Shown here in pieces: positions 38,448 to 50,227 of a stretch of 64,000 nt of DNA. The stretch is from positions 1,130,917 through 1,194,916 of the forward strand of contig OZ316892.1 of NCBI GenBank assembly GCA_973895155.1, read 5' to 3'. How positions within the stretch are numbered: position 1 is the first letter of the stretch; every line of letters starts with the position of its first letter. The notes under the pieces are model-generated. The model searched no databases. It was given only the letters and a program-made list of their open reading frames with translations, and was not told where the DNA came from. Position numbers and translations under genes: made by a program. This stretch comes from Marsupella aquatica. Lineage: Eukaryota; Plantae; Marchantiophyta.

Positions 38448-39713
38448 TCATTCTAAACGTGTGCACCAAGGGCAGGAGAGGCTCGGTTTGAAGAGGTGAA
38501 AACTCGTTCGGTATGGCCACACCCCTAACTTGTTGGGCCATTCTGCCGTACACTCTGTGATGAGATCCGAATTGTTCACTCGGCAATGCCTCCATACTGC
38601 AAACACATGGTATGGACCTGCGTTCGACTCGTGTGAGACCATCGCCACAAGATATACAATACCATCTTGTTCAACGTACACCATTTCGAAGCACTTTCCG
38701 GCAATGACTGCTTCTCGAAGTTCTTTGGAAATCCTGGCCATTAGGTCCTCAAATGCTTTCTTTAAAGGCGGTGGAAATGTAATTTCTGTGTGACCTGTGT
38801 CTCTGATCTCTTCGAATTCCAACTGATTTTCGCCGCCGATGGTTCCAACCAGTTGTTTCCTACTGCGTCGTGGAATTTGCGGAACCCTCAACCACCCCGA
38901 CCGCCTCTGTTTCAAGTCGTAGATAAGCACGTTGAAGCTAGCCGGGAAGTCAACAGCGTGGGTAGCATTGTAGAAACCCAAAGCCAACTGTTCTCGAGAT
39001 ACCATTACAGGTCCGTCAACATAGAAACGAAAGCCATCTTGGACTCCGGCGACGGACTCGAAGGTGGACCATTTGGTGCGACGATAATCGTGCACAATCG
39101 TTTTTCTCTGATCATCGATCAAACCAGTATTCAACATCAGCTGGACGTCTGCTGTAATGTTCGATTGGTAGACCGTGATCACCTCCTGGTATGTGTTCGG
39201 TGTATCTACCGCGGGCCATGTTGTGTAGGCTACCACGCGCGTCCCAAGCCTTCCTGTGTGAGGAAGCCCTGCTTCAAGTCTGTTGCTAGGACGCCAGCGA
39301 TGCTTGCCCAACCTCTTGCAGCATCGGGTGAGTGGATTGCAGAGAATGTACTCGCCATCTGCAGTATTGGATAGACAGAGCAGCCCTCCGGCTGAGACCA
39401 CCAGCCGCAGATTGCGGAGCTGGAGCCCCGGCAGGCGACGTTTGCAAAACTGCAGCGAGATTTCTTCCCAGATCCCTCTTCTAGAATTGAGGGCCGTGAG
39501 CTTGCCCATGTGGAAGTAGAAAAGGTAATGCGTTTTGGAAAGGAGAAAGTCTCGCCATCTCTTACTGAAGCTGCAGAAGCTGTAGAGTTTCGAGAAGGGC
39601 ATGTCAATCAAGACCCTGAGAATTATATCATCAATCAGGGCACAAGGTAGTGTGCTCCACAAATCTGGTGTCATCTCGGGAGTCTTCAGTTGTCTCTGCC
39701 AATATCCTCTCAT
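38448..39713 (-). CDS. Intronless F-box protein with divergent beta-propeller/FBA-like C-terminus (ATG at 39713 or 39674)
   Basis: LWSTLPCALIDDIILRV...FCSFSKRWRDFL (F-box) followed by LVVSAGGLLCL...YILCNPLTRCCKRL, typical of plant F-box/kelch-associated proteins. Stop-free for >400 codons. Confidence 0.82.
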   Translation of the reverse strand: MRGYWQRQLKTPEMTPDLWSTLPCALIDDIILRVLIDMPFSKLYSFCSFSKRWRDFLLSKTHYLFYFHMGKLTALNSRRGIWEEISLQFCKRRLPGLQLRNLRLVVSAGGLLCLSNTADGEYILCNPLTRCCKRLGKHRWRPSNRLEAGLPHTGRLGTRVVAYTTWPAVDTPNTYQEVITVYQSNITADVQLMLNTGLIDDQRKTIVHDYRRTKWSTFESVAGVQDGFRFYVDGPVMVSREQLALGFYNATHAVDFPASFNVLIYDLKQRRSGWLRVPQIPRRSRKQLVGTIGGENQLEFEEIRDTGHTEITFPPPLKKAFEDLMARISKELREAVIAGKCFEMVYVEQDGIVYLVAMVSHESNAGPYHVFAVWRHCRVNNSDLITECTAEWPNKLGVWPYRTSFHLFKPSLSCPWCTRLE

Positions 39714-42399
39714 CCCGATTGTGCGTTGACAATATTTTCTATGAAAACGTGGGTGCTGACGTGCTGTGACTGAATCTTTAATATTCAAATGAGGCGGTGC
39801 ACAGCCTGCCAGATCAGATACGGCATTGGACCAAAATATCCTAGTAAGACGCAGAGTCTGTGCTAGTCGGTCACGGAGATCGAAGGATCAAACGACTGTG
39901 ATTTCGAGCTGTAGGCAAAGCAAAGCAGGTCCAGCGTCTCAACGAAGTCATCTCATCTTAACAATTCGGTGACGCTGAGAAAAACCGGACGAGGCAAGTT
40001 AGCTAGGGGTTAGTCATGGCATTAGATTTTCAGAGCCAGCGTTCATTACGGCACAACGATGGTGTCTCGACTCAAACCAGGAGAAGTGGCTTTGCCAATC
40101 AACAAGAGGAGAATAGTCCCTACGTCCTTTCGAAAGCAAATATTAATTGAGCAGAGTTTGTGACCCACCTAAGTTGATCATCGACATAGATGTGAACGTA
40201 CAGGACAGGTTCAGTTGTGTTACCACACAATCCCTGGTCGATTATCTGAGTATGTGGATCATACGCACAGGCCGAACAACTGGACGACGTTTACGCCTGA
40301 AATCTGCGGAGATTCGTCATTTGCCTTTTGTTCGACAAGCGGCCCCTGCATACGCTATCCATCATCAAGATCATTCAAGGGTGGACTCTAGTAAAGCACA
40401 AGATGTATGATCAAATGCCAACGCGTCCAGGAGATCATGACCGAATCGTGCTGAGGCCCTGCATGCGACTAAATCCAGTACTGACGACTACTTCCCTGAA
40501 TGATCTAACTTTTGATCAATCGCCAGACTTGACATCTGACAGGGAAAACAGTCAAGTTCGCCAGCTTCAGCAAATGCCTCTATCTAAACTACATTGGATG
40601 CTTTGAGATGAGTTCAATCGTCGAATTAAGTTCGATGACTTTAGACTCGATCGAGTTACGCAAAAATCTCAAACCCACTTTCTGAGAGCTTGAGGACAGG
40701 CTAGGTATACATATATACAATCAAATAAATCACAATTAATGAACCGCCTCGACAATTTTCACACTGGCGGGTCTTATTTTCAACCGGCTGCTGGCTTCAA
40801 ACGGTTGAACCTCGTCGGACAAATGCAAATCCGTATAATCTCATGTCACGAAAGTTTACAGTTCCGGTCAACAAATATCTATCGGCGTCTTCGAATCATT
40901 TTAACGATCAGAACCGATGGGGTAACGTTGCACGATAACACAAATACCGTAACCTGGGTTACGTTGAGATTCAAATCCGAAACACAGCGTCATCGATCGA
41001 ACGCTGAGCTTAACCAGTAAGCTAGAACTTTCAAACTTCGATCGCAACAACGCTCAACAGCTCATGAACTCGCTCATGAAGCGGAGAATTCGTTTTGAAT
41101 TTCTAGCTTGATCGAGTCGGTACGAGTCAGCCAGCTTGGTCTTGCACGGTGGAAATATGGACACGGGCAACTTGTAGATGACATTATGATCAAACCGTAT
41201 CAACCGAATTCCGAGCCACTGCAGCTAATGTTTTCATTTGCTAGCTAGGTCAAATCTTAGAAAGAAAAAAAGTTGATTTGCATTGTTGCTTGATTCACCT
41301 CAAAAGTATATCGCATACGTCCATATAGTTGTTGGGATACTATGGGTGACTGTCCTTCACGAGCAAACTGACGGCACCAAGATGGATAGAAACTAGTGAG
41401 TGCAAAAAGAGCAGCTTGCCACGGCCAGCAACCCGTTGAGGTGTACGTTAGCTGCAGGCCACGCTCGATCAATTCGTGCACTTTCAGTACCCTCTAATCA
41501 ACTTCGACTTCGGGTGAAATCATTTCAACGAATCAGTGGTCGATGTTTGACGTTATTTGATGCATGGCAGGCTAGGGTTAGTCTTTTCTCAAGCAATGTT
41601 ATTGTTTCAGCTGACTGTTGGAAAGTCACCAAATACAGTCAACGTAGAAATTTACTAGCTAGTCGAGGAATACACTCAGGGTCAGGGTTTGTCGCTCGTA
41701 CGTTATCAGCGATTTAAAAACTTGTAGTTGACCTTCGGTTTCCTGGATGTATGGCTCTAATTAATAAAAGTGGACGATGCAGCTTGATGCCCGTCGAGTG
41801 CTCGACGAGATTGTAAACATTGGAGTCCGAACTTGTTGCGGAACTACTTCAATGGACAAATCTTTGAAATTTCCGGAAAAGATCCAGCTTCTTCCTAAGA
41901 GCAACTGCCAGACGATTTTGGGAAGCAACTGCCAGAAGATTTGGGAAGCTGCAGACAATCCAGAGGAAATTTCAGTTTTCGAACCTCTACGATGCGTTCG
42001 ATCGAAGCTTTCTTCTAATGAACGCTGGAATGAATGCTGTTGAATGGAGTCACGTAGACATGATTGTTATGTCCAAGCTTTCTTTCGGTGACTTGTACTG
42101 AATGTTATTCTCTAAATCTCTTCGGACAACTAAGACCAGGAACCCACAATAACTATCTCACACACTTCTGCACCAGTTTTGCTTTTACTCTATTGTACTT
42201 TGTTTGACAATTTTTAACAGAATGCTTTCACTCTCTTGTACACTCCTTCGAAAAGAAAGTGTGATCTGTTTGAGTGTTGGGAAAAACAATGGGAGATTAA
42301 ACAAAAGGTGAAGAGAAATGTTCCCTGCAAGGACGTAGGGGAAGATGAAATGGTGAGAAGGAACAAGATGTTTGAATAAGAAGAAAATAAGTACATTTA

Positions 42400-44140
42400 T
42401 AGAATAATTGTATTTATAAAGCACCAACTACAAAGCTAGAGTTTGGGCGGAGTCTTCTAGAATGAAGTCTCTGATTGTAACTATATGGCTCATTATGTGT
42501 ATTGGAAAACTCATGACTACTAGGTATATCAAATGATAATCTTATTTATAAAACGGCAATTACAAGCTAGAGTTGAGGTCTAGGCTTCTAAAATGGAACC
42601 TCTAGACTGTAATTCCATGGCTGATCATGTGGATGGGAAAACTATGATGTCCGTCAAATGTCAAATGATAATCATGGATGTTTGTTTGTCATGTTTTTTA
42701 TTTATATTAAAAAATTGGCTCTATGGCCCAACCATATATATGTGCATACAAAGAAGGATGTGCTTAGGAAAGTGTATAGTTTGTTATATATGATTATTAA
42801 AATGATGAAATGCATGATGGTTTTTTAATCATTTAATTAACCTTCAAAAAATATAAATAATGAATTTATTTTGGTGACATTTTTATTACCCTCCCCTCTA
42901 TTCATGTTCAAAGAAGGGGTAATCAGGGCTAGTTAAATAGCAAATGAAGGTCCACTAATCACCTAGCCTCGTATTATTAATATTATTATACAGTACTGCC
43001 TAGTACTACTATAAGCACCTACCTGTGGTGGATAACATGGCAAACCTGCCTGAGAAGGTTTGGACCACATTTATCAAGTAGTGGATGGATTGAGCTTGAG
43101 ACCAGTCACAAGCAGTACTTTTTAATTAATAAAGTCGTTCATTCTTTCTTTTCTAAATGCAAAATTGTTGTTTACAAGAAGAAAAGCTTGCTGGCGCCCT
43201 GGAGGGAAACAAAGGCCCCAAGTGCTCCTTTTCCTGTCCATTTGATTGGTATAGAAGTGTTTTATTTCTCTGATCTTCATTATACCTAGTTTTAAGCTCT
43301 TTTAAAACTTCTCATTTCTAGTGGGGAAAATCTATTGTGACTTTTCATTTAAGAGTAAGATTCTTGTGACTTTGGCCTGTTTGCAACATGATTGCTGATC
43401 CCTCAATGCCACATTATAGGACATGTTGCTGCAGGACTCAAGGTAGTGAGGATGCAAGGACACACGTTATAGTGTCCTGGCGAAAGAGGCAGGAGGCAAG
43501 TTTTTGGGGCTGCACTCCAACATAGTGATGGAAGGCAGGACTGCATTGCTGCAAAGTACCAGCCAATATCCAGTCATATTGTCTGTGAAGCGCAAAAACC
43601 AGGCCACAAATGGTTTTAGTGGCTAAACCTTGGTAGATTCCACATCTATAAAATTAATGCAGATTCCCACCTAGCCACCAACCCCAAAAGCCACTAGATT
43701 CTAGAGAGAATCTGACAGGTACTTGATCTAGCAACTCCTAGAATGATGTATTGATTAGCTTGATTAATCAATCTAACAAGTCTGTACTTATTGAAGGGAG
43801 AGGTGATGGTCAAATTTGAATTAGTGAAAACATATAAGAATATTCTTAGCATCTTCTCCTTCTCGCAAGGTGACCTTGCACACCAGTTAAATAGAACAAA
43901 AGTTTAAAACCCCCATTATGCTGGTTGCAAGGACAGCCTGACAACTATATAACAACTATATAAAATATTGCAAAGAACAAAAGGTGCCATAGTGGGAGAC
44001 AACCTGAGACCATCTGGGCTATGGAGTTACCATCTAGAAACTTCACTCTAGAAGCCTAGCTCCTAACTCTGGTTTATATTTGGCACTTTATAAGTAAGAA
44101 TGAAACTTGTGATAAGTAATTTTCCCCATACCACATTTAT
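42400..44140. mobile_element. Degenerate ~1.7-kb element bounded by long inverted repeats; left arm tandemly duplicated
   Basis: ACAAGCTAGAGTTGAGGTCTAGGCTTCTAAAATGGAACCTCTAGACTGTAATTCCATGGCT (~42562, with a second copy at ~42430) matches the reverse complement of 44017-44100 (GCTATGGAGTTACCATCTAGAAACTTCACTCTAGAAGCCTAGCTCCTAACTCTGG). Confidence 0.55.
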
Positions 44141-44194
44141 ATAATACAAAACCTATGTGAGCTGGGATTCTAGTGCGAACTATGCTCCCATACT

Positions 44195-44756
44195 GGTTTA
44201 GGGTTTAGGGATTGTACAGTAGTGCGAAGTATGCTCCCATCTTGTTTTTCTGGTCAGAACGTTACACCCCTGGTAAACCCCCCCAAGCCCTAGTAACCCT
44301 CTGCCCAGACTGTCATAGTTGTATACAAAGAAGGGGTCTCGTCGAGGGTTTGCTTGCTCGAGAGGGCGTCAAGCCTCAATTTGCTACGTTACGTTCGAGA
44401 CACAAAGGAAAACCTTTCACCCTAAAAAGTAGTGGACGCGTTCACCACTCCGCCCCAGGTGGTCGCAGAGCAGAGGCGGCCGACGGGCGAGTGCTCTCCC
44501 CTCGCGTCACCCGCACCTGCTGCTTCTGCTCCATTCGAGGTCGACCCAGCAGTGATGATTGTTGCAGCAGCTGGATTTCTTTCATGTGTGGGTTCGTGAT
44601 TTAGCAGCTAGATTCCCAAATTCTAGAACTGGACTGCAGCTTGGAGGTCTGATCACGATAGAGTTTGCGAAGGAATCGATGAAGGGCGATTTGTCCATTT
44701 GAGTATGCAGTCGCCGATGGGAACATTCGCAGCTTGAATCGACCTCCAAACCCTAA
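44195..44756 (+). promoter_or_regulatory. Telo-box-containing promoter/leader region of the G-patch gene
   Basis: GGTTTAGGGTTTAGGG at 44195 and AAACCCTAA at 44748, around a CpG-rich stretch. Candidate 5'UTR intron from ~44843 (GTAATA) to ~45298 (TTTGCAG). Confidence 0.5.
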
Positions 44757-45433
44757 AACCGACTCTGAATTGTATGTTGTATATACTCTGTAGCAGTGTC
44801 GCAACAGGGGAAGGGTTGCATCGGCAATGCGAGCATTGCAAAGGTAATATTTTGTTGAACTCCGAGAAGAATCTTAAGAATCAAAGCACGAATGGATGGT
44901 TAGAACCGTTCCATGACCGACAATTGAGTCAGATGATTGTCTCTGTTTTGGTTAGATTTTGCCGTCAGGAGGAGGAGCTCATAGACTATATTTTTTATGT
45001 AGCCATCAGGCCTTCCTTCATATCGCTGTCCAAAGGCTTGAGGACACACGGTCTAGCCTTCAGTTGGGATGGACAGTTCCTTCGGCTTTAGGGTTGAAGG
45101 TGTCTGTGTAGTCTAGCAGGGGAGATAAGGGTTCCAATACATGGGCTTCAGAGTTGCATTGTAAACGTGTGAGTGGCTACATGAGTTTGGATTCCCGTGT
45201 TTATTGTGTGGAATTTCGGTGCCTGATTCTATTTGAATGTCAATTGATTCCCGGACGTGTGAGCTATGAAGCTTACCTCTTGACAATGGTATTTGCAGAA
45301 AATCATCTGACAGTTGAGTGAATATTTGCTAAGACGATGCTCTCAAATTGGAGGGCCGAGCAATCAAGTGCTTAGAAGCTTGGAAGGAGTCGACATCCGA
45401 ATTCAAGAGGAGAGAAGCCACAAGCATCCAGAT

Positions 45434-46654
45434 ATGGCGACCTTGTTTCAGGGTGTCGAGAAACATGGTGCGGCCTTCCGCCTTATGCAACAGATGGGCT
45501 GGGAAGAAGGCAGTGGCCTTGGCAAGGACAAGCAAGGCATGAAGGAGCACTTGAGAGTCAGAAACAAGCAGGACAACTCAGGAATTGGCATTGACCAGAA
45601 AACGAAGGCACAAGCGCTCTGGAAGGTCAATACAATGGAGTATGACAACGTATTGAAGAAATTGAAGGTTGTTGTGGGGCAAGCAGCTGCTGAAAGCATT
45701 GAAGATAAGGATTCTGAAACCAAGGTCACTAGGGAGGTTGAAGCCACCCACAACGAGTTACTCCGAGTGATAAAGGCTACGCGTCCACAAGGAAGGTACA
45801 AGAAGAGGGAAATTGGGAAGATGGTCGAGAATTACTCGAAGACCGACCTTGCTGCAATTTTGGGTGGAGTGAAAGTTAATACCGAATCCGAACAAATATA
45901 TCAATCAAATAAAATTATGTCTCGCAGGACCTCACCGGTTAGAGTTGAGCCATCTGATCAAGTTTCCGGGGACGTATCCTCGGATAGTGAGGGGGAGGAA
46001 TTGGCGCCAGCTGCTAAAAGGGTTTGCATGGCGAATGAGGAGCCGGAGTTTGCCGACTTGCCAGCTGATTGGTGGGGAAATAAGTTTGGATTTGTGAGGG
46101 CTGGGAGGCTTGGAGCATCTTCTGGGACCGTGACGACTGAGAGGACTGCTTTTCATGAAAAGGATCAGGAGGACTTGGCCATACTTGCCCACCAGAAGGC
46201 AACAAAGGGGAAGCAAGGCCTTGGCGCTGCAGACAGGATAAAAATGGGTAAAGCAGGTTGGAAGGGTCAGAGGAAAACTCTGGACTTAGAGAGCGACGAG
46301 GATAATGATATTACAGAGGAAACTAGCAAGGTTGATCACAAGGAATCAGCCACTAGTACTAGACGCGAAAATAATGAGAAGCAGTCTGAGACACCAACGA
46401 AGGACATCATGAGAAACAAATCCAAGGGTGATGTCGGGAAGATTAAAACATTTTCCAATTGGAAAAAAGTTTGTGAACAACTACTCAGCGAAGCCCCTTT
46501 GCAGACATTATCATTAAAGCGACTGCAGAAGAGATTCTGCTCCGCAATGCTTTCAGCGTATGGAACTGAAGTCCAGCTGGATAAAGAGAAGTTGCAGAAG
46601 AGCTCAAGATTTGCGATGGAAGGGAAGAAGGTTACTCTGATTCGTTGTAAGTAG
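45434..46654 (+). CDS. G-patch domain protein, PINX1/GPATCH4-like (ribosome biogenesis type), 406 aa, intronless CDS
   Basis: N-terminal G-patch AAFRLMQQMGWEEGSGLGKDKQGMKEHLRVRNKQDNSGIG, then RPQGRYKKRE, WWGNKFGFVRAGRLG, FHEKDQEDL, GKQGLG, WKGQRKT. ATG 45434 is in frame with ORF 45314-46654. Confidence 0.88.
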   Translation: MATLFQGVEKHGAAFRLMQQMGWEEGSGLGKDKQGMKEHLRVRNKQDNSGIGIDQKTKAQALWKVNTMEYDNVLKKLKVVVGQAAAESIEDKDSETKVTREVEATHNELLRVIKATRPQGRYKKREIGKMVENYSKTDLAAILGGVKVNTESEQIYQSNKIMSRRTSPVRVEPSDQVSGDVSSDSEGEELAPAAKRVCMANEEPEFADLPADWWGNKFGFVRAGRLGASSGTVTTERTAFHEKDQEDLAILAHQKATKGKQGLGAADRIKMGKAGWKGQRKTLDLESDEDNDITEETSKVDHKESATSTRRENNEKQSETPTKDIMRNKSKGDVGKIKTFSNWKKVCEQLLSEAPLQTLSLKRLQKRFCSAMLSAYGTEVQLDKEKLQKSSRFAMEGKKVTLIRCK

Positions 46655-48491
46655 GAGCCTTTTCGTGCGCAAGTCCTTCAAGCTTATAATTGTTGTTTGG
46701 ACATCATATTAGAAGGTGATAGACCGCCTTTACACTGGAAATAATTGTTGCTTATTTATTAGCATGTTCATGATTTGGGCACTAAAATTCATTTGTGAAA
46801 GGAGCTTGAGCTCAATTTAATCCCCGAGGAGGAAAATCAACAGTAGGCTACTCTATCTTGATAGCCAACTGGTAGACGACGATAAGCACTTCATTTTTAC
46901 CCTGCTTTCAATGTTGAGGCGAAGGCTAGATTATTTTTTAGCCACTTATTCAGAGACTGACAGCAATCACTTGCCTAACCTGTTTCTCAATCCCATCAGA
47001 AATTTGGTGGTCACTGCCTTACATAGAGAATTTAAATCAGATCTTGCTAGTGAGTCTCATATTTCCAAATGAAGGACTCTGCGGAACCTTTGTACATTGA
47101 TGGTCCCACCATGGCCCTAATGGGTCCCACCGTAGCCCTAATGGTTGCCGTGGACATAATATTCATTCATTCGATATATCTTATCTCTAAAGAGCAGCGC
47201 TTGAAGTTCCTAAGCGTAAAGCTTATTTATTCGAATCTCATATTGAGAAGCATAGACGATTTGTCATGGAAATGATTGCTACTTGTTTTCTAACATCTTC
47301 GAGATCTGGTCATTAGAATTGGCTTACAGAAAGATCATGAGTTCAAAATGAGTTTCTTGAAGGAAATTCTTCAATCGCGAAGCTCCGAGGACTAATTTTA
47401 CCGACGCTGGGTATCTAAACGTGTATTGCACGAGATTCTATTTGCTACTTTTCTTGCAAGGGTGTACCTCGAGTTTAGATGAAGCGTAAGAAGGCGCTTG
47501 TGTCGATGCAAATGTTAACCTGGTAATTGTTGATTCATGCAGAAAATGAGAAAACATAGAAGAGGTGATCTGAGAATGAGTAAAAAATGGAAAATTGAGC
47601 TTGTGATGGAGCAGTTGGTGAATGTGCATTTTAAGCTCGGGCAACTTTTGATGGCACAAACCGGTGCTGGGCAATATGCACATTCTCCGTTGTAGTTTAA
47701 GTCTGATATTTTCAATGTGAGCCCTGTTCGTTTTCAAATTATGCCACATATCTCAGATTTTTGCTTTTCGCATCCAGATTCTTGTTCCTGGGATTTAATC
47801 TCCACTCTCCACGAGCTGAGCTTCCAATTTAGCATATTCTGAGCTTTGCACAGATCACGCTCAGCAGGAAGGAAACCAACCGGACCAGACGCTTGAGAGA
47901 AGGGCCAGGCAGGTTGATAGGAGCATGAGGTCAGTAGGCAGAGAATTATGAAGTTAGCCACTCACAGCCCACCCCACATCCTCACACTTCAAGCTTCGTC
48001 TCATACTCTTCAGCTATCTTAGTTAGAAGACACTTGATTGATGTTGTCAGAACAATCGGTACAGGGTCTGGAGCAATTTGCAGGCATCTTACCATCTTAC
48101 TGCCATTTGACAGCCAGGGCTAAGTCAATACTCCAAAACTTATGGCGTTCTATGCTCCAAAGGTGTATTCATGCAAGAGATTCATTTCTGCGGGGTGGGC
48201 CCCCACTCAAACTGTTGAGCAGGGACTCGAACGGGTACAATCAAACAGCGCCAGTCTGCTTACTTGGTGCAGGGAAGTGATTACGCATCGAGTGCAGATC
48301 ACCAGGGGCAGATAGCAATCTGTGTTTGGCGTTTCCCAGCAGCACAGCAGCACTTACACTCGGACTGGATGGCATTCGTCATAAAATTGAACCACCACCA
48401 GAATTTGCGTGAGATGTGTGTTAGGCTGAAAACCTCTTATGTGTTCCACAAAAGTTGGGAGAAGCAACAAGTTAATTTTTGTTCAAAGCAG

Positions 48492-48920
48492 TATGTATAA
48501 ATGTTAAAATGGCCATGTACTCCAAACTTGAAGGCAGAATATGGCGTCAAAAGTCTGATGGCTGAAAACTTTTGGGACATAATAATCTTCTTACAACTTT
48601 TGGGAGATAAGCCCTCATCAGAGGGAAACATTATGTATAAATGTTAAAATGGCCATGTACTTCAAACTTGAAGGCAGAATAGGGCGTCAAAAGTCTTATG
48701 GCTGAAAACTTTTGGGACATAATAATCTTCTTACAACTTTTGGGAGATAAGTCCTCATCAGAGGGAAACAGTATGTATAGAATATTAAAATGGCCATGTG
48801 CTGCAAACTTGAAGGCAGAAAAGGGGATCAAAAGTTTTCAACAGTTTTATGGTTGAAAACTTTTGGGACATAATATTCTTACAACTTTTGGGACATAATA
48901 TTCTTACAACTTTTGGGAGT
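48492..48920. repeat. 140-bp tandem repeat, ~3 copies
   Basis: TATGTATAAATGTTAAAATGGCCATGTAC...GAGGGAAACA units start at 48492, 48632 and 48772. The third copy degenerates into shorter ACAACTTTTGGGACATAAT repeats. Confidence 0.93.
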
Positions 48921-49322
48921 TAAGATTCCTACGGGCGGGTATTTAGATAGCCAGTAAGGAGTATGTCCTGGTCATATAAGAGTTGTATGTCGGCATGCTT
49001 ATTTGTTTGTGCAGGAATAGATGTAGGCTTGAATATGTTGAGTGTATCAAGGTGAACCTTCCACCGGTGTCTTGGGTGCAAGAAGTTGGAACTTTACCAG
49101 TAGCCTGGGGTAGGAGTGGATTGAGACCCCGACGGGCACTGAAACTCCTGGCCCTCAAGGCAGAATCTTGCATCCTTTGTTATAGTATATGTTATTATTA
49201 TCTGAAATTTAAAGAATCTTTAATTGACATTTGAATACCTGAGAGAAAAGTAACTAAATCCTTAACTATCTCTGCCATGTGAAAATTAAATCCTTGCAGA
49301 CAATGCAAACTCTTCCCTTTTT

Positions 49323-49503
49323 AAGTACTCCTCAAAATTTTGTTTCCTAAGTTTATGGATTTTTAGTGAATTATGTGTCACAAAATAAGATCACTATGAG
49401 ATAACCTGAAAGGCCGACCATTTTTTAGAAAATAATTTTTTTGCAAGCTTTTAAAAACTAAACACTTATTTTTTAGAAAAAAAATGACATTTGAGGAGTA
49501 CTT
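49323..49503. mobile_element. Small MITE-like element with 14-bp perfect inverted ends
   Basis: AAGTACTCCTCAAA ... TTTGAGGAGTACTT, AT-rich interior, TTTA/TTAA-like flanks. Confidence 0.55.
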
Positions 49504-49626
49504 TAAATGTGGGGGAATAATTTACAAGTCCATGACCAGTGAGAAGGGACAGAAGTACCCAGACACCCAAAACTAACGTAGTTTAACTTCACTGTGGTTA
49601 ACTTGAAGGCAGAATTATTATTCTTA

Positions 49627-50215
49627 CTAGCTCAATACCCGTGCGTTGCACAAAAGAAGTCAAGTCGGCCAAAATGTCGTTAAAAAAAATGTTGTTTCGG
49701 CCAAGAGGTCGTTGAGAGAAAATATGTCATATCAGCCACGAGGTCGTGGAGAGAAAAGATGTCATGTCGGCCAAGAGGTCGTTGAGAAAAAATGTGTCGT
49801 GTTCGCCAAGAAGTCGTTTGAGAAAAAAGATGTCATGTCGGCCAAGATGTCGTCAAGAAAAAAATTGTCATGTCAGCCAAGATGTCATTGAGAAAAAGAT
49901 GTCGTGTTGGCAAAGACGTCATTGAGAGAAAAGATGTCATGTCGGCCAAGACATTGTTGAGGGAAAATACCCGTGCGTTGCACAAAAGATGTCGTGTTGC
50001 TCAAGATGTTGTTATGTGAAAGATGTCATGAAATAAAAAAATGTTATTAAGTAAAAAGAAGTAATTTTGCCAAAGATGCCATTATGTGAAAGATGGTGAT
50101 AAGAAAAAGGTGTCATTTTGCCAAAGATATCGTGAAGTAAAAGATGTTATAAGAAAAAAGGTGTTGTTTCACCCAAGTTGTCGTTATGGGAAAGATGTTA
50201 TGAAGTAAAAAGTCA
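49627..50215 (-). mobile_element. Helitron 3' terminus followed by a ~35-bp minisatellite
   Basis: Minus strand reads GTGCAACGCACGGGTATTGAG-CTAG|T, the plant Helitron subterminal hairpin plus CTAG before T. Interior ATGTCATGTCGGCCAAGA(G/T)GTCGTTGAGAAAA repeats. Second hairpin copy at ~49967. Confidence 0.75.
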
Positions 50216-50227
50216 ATGAGAGAAGAA

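Noticed and set aside
48943-49173. LINE endonuclease fragment (DTGGRF..., DILLTGYLN)
   Set aside because: Only weak, frameshifted resemblance; too short to support.
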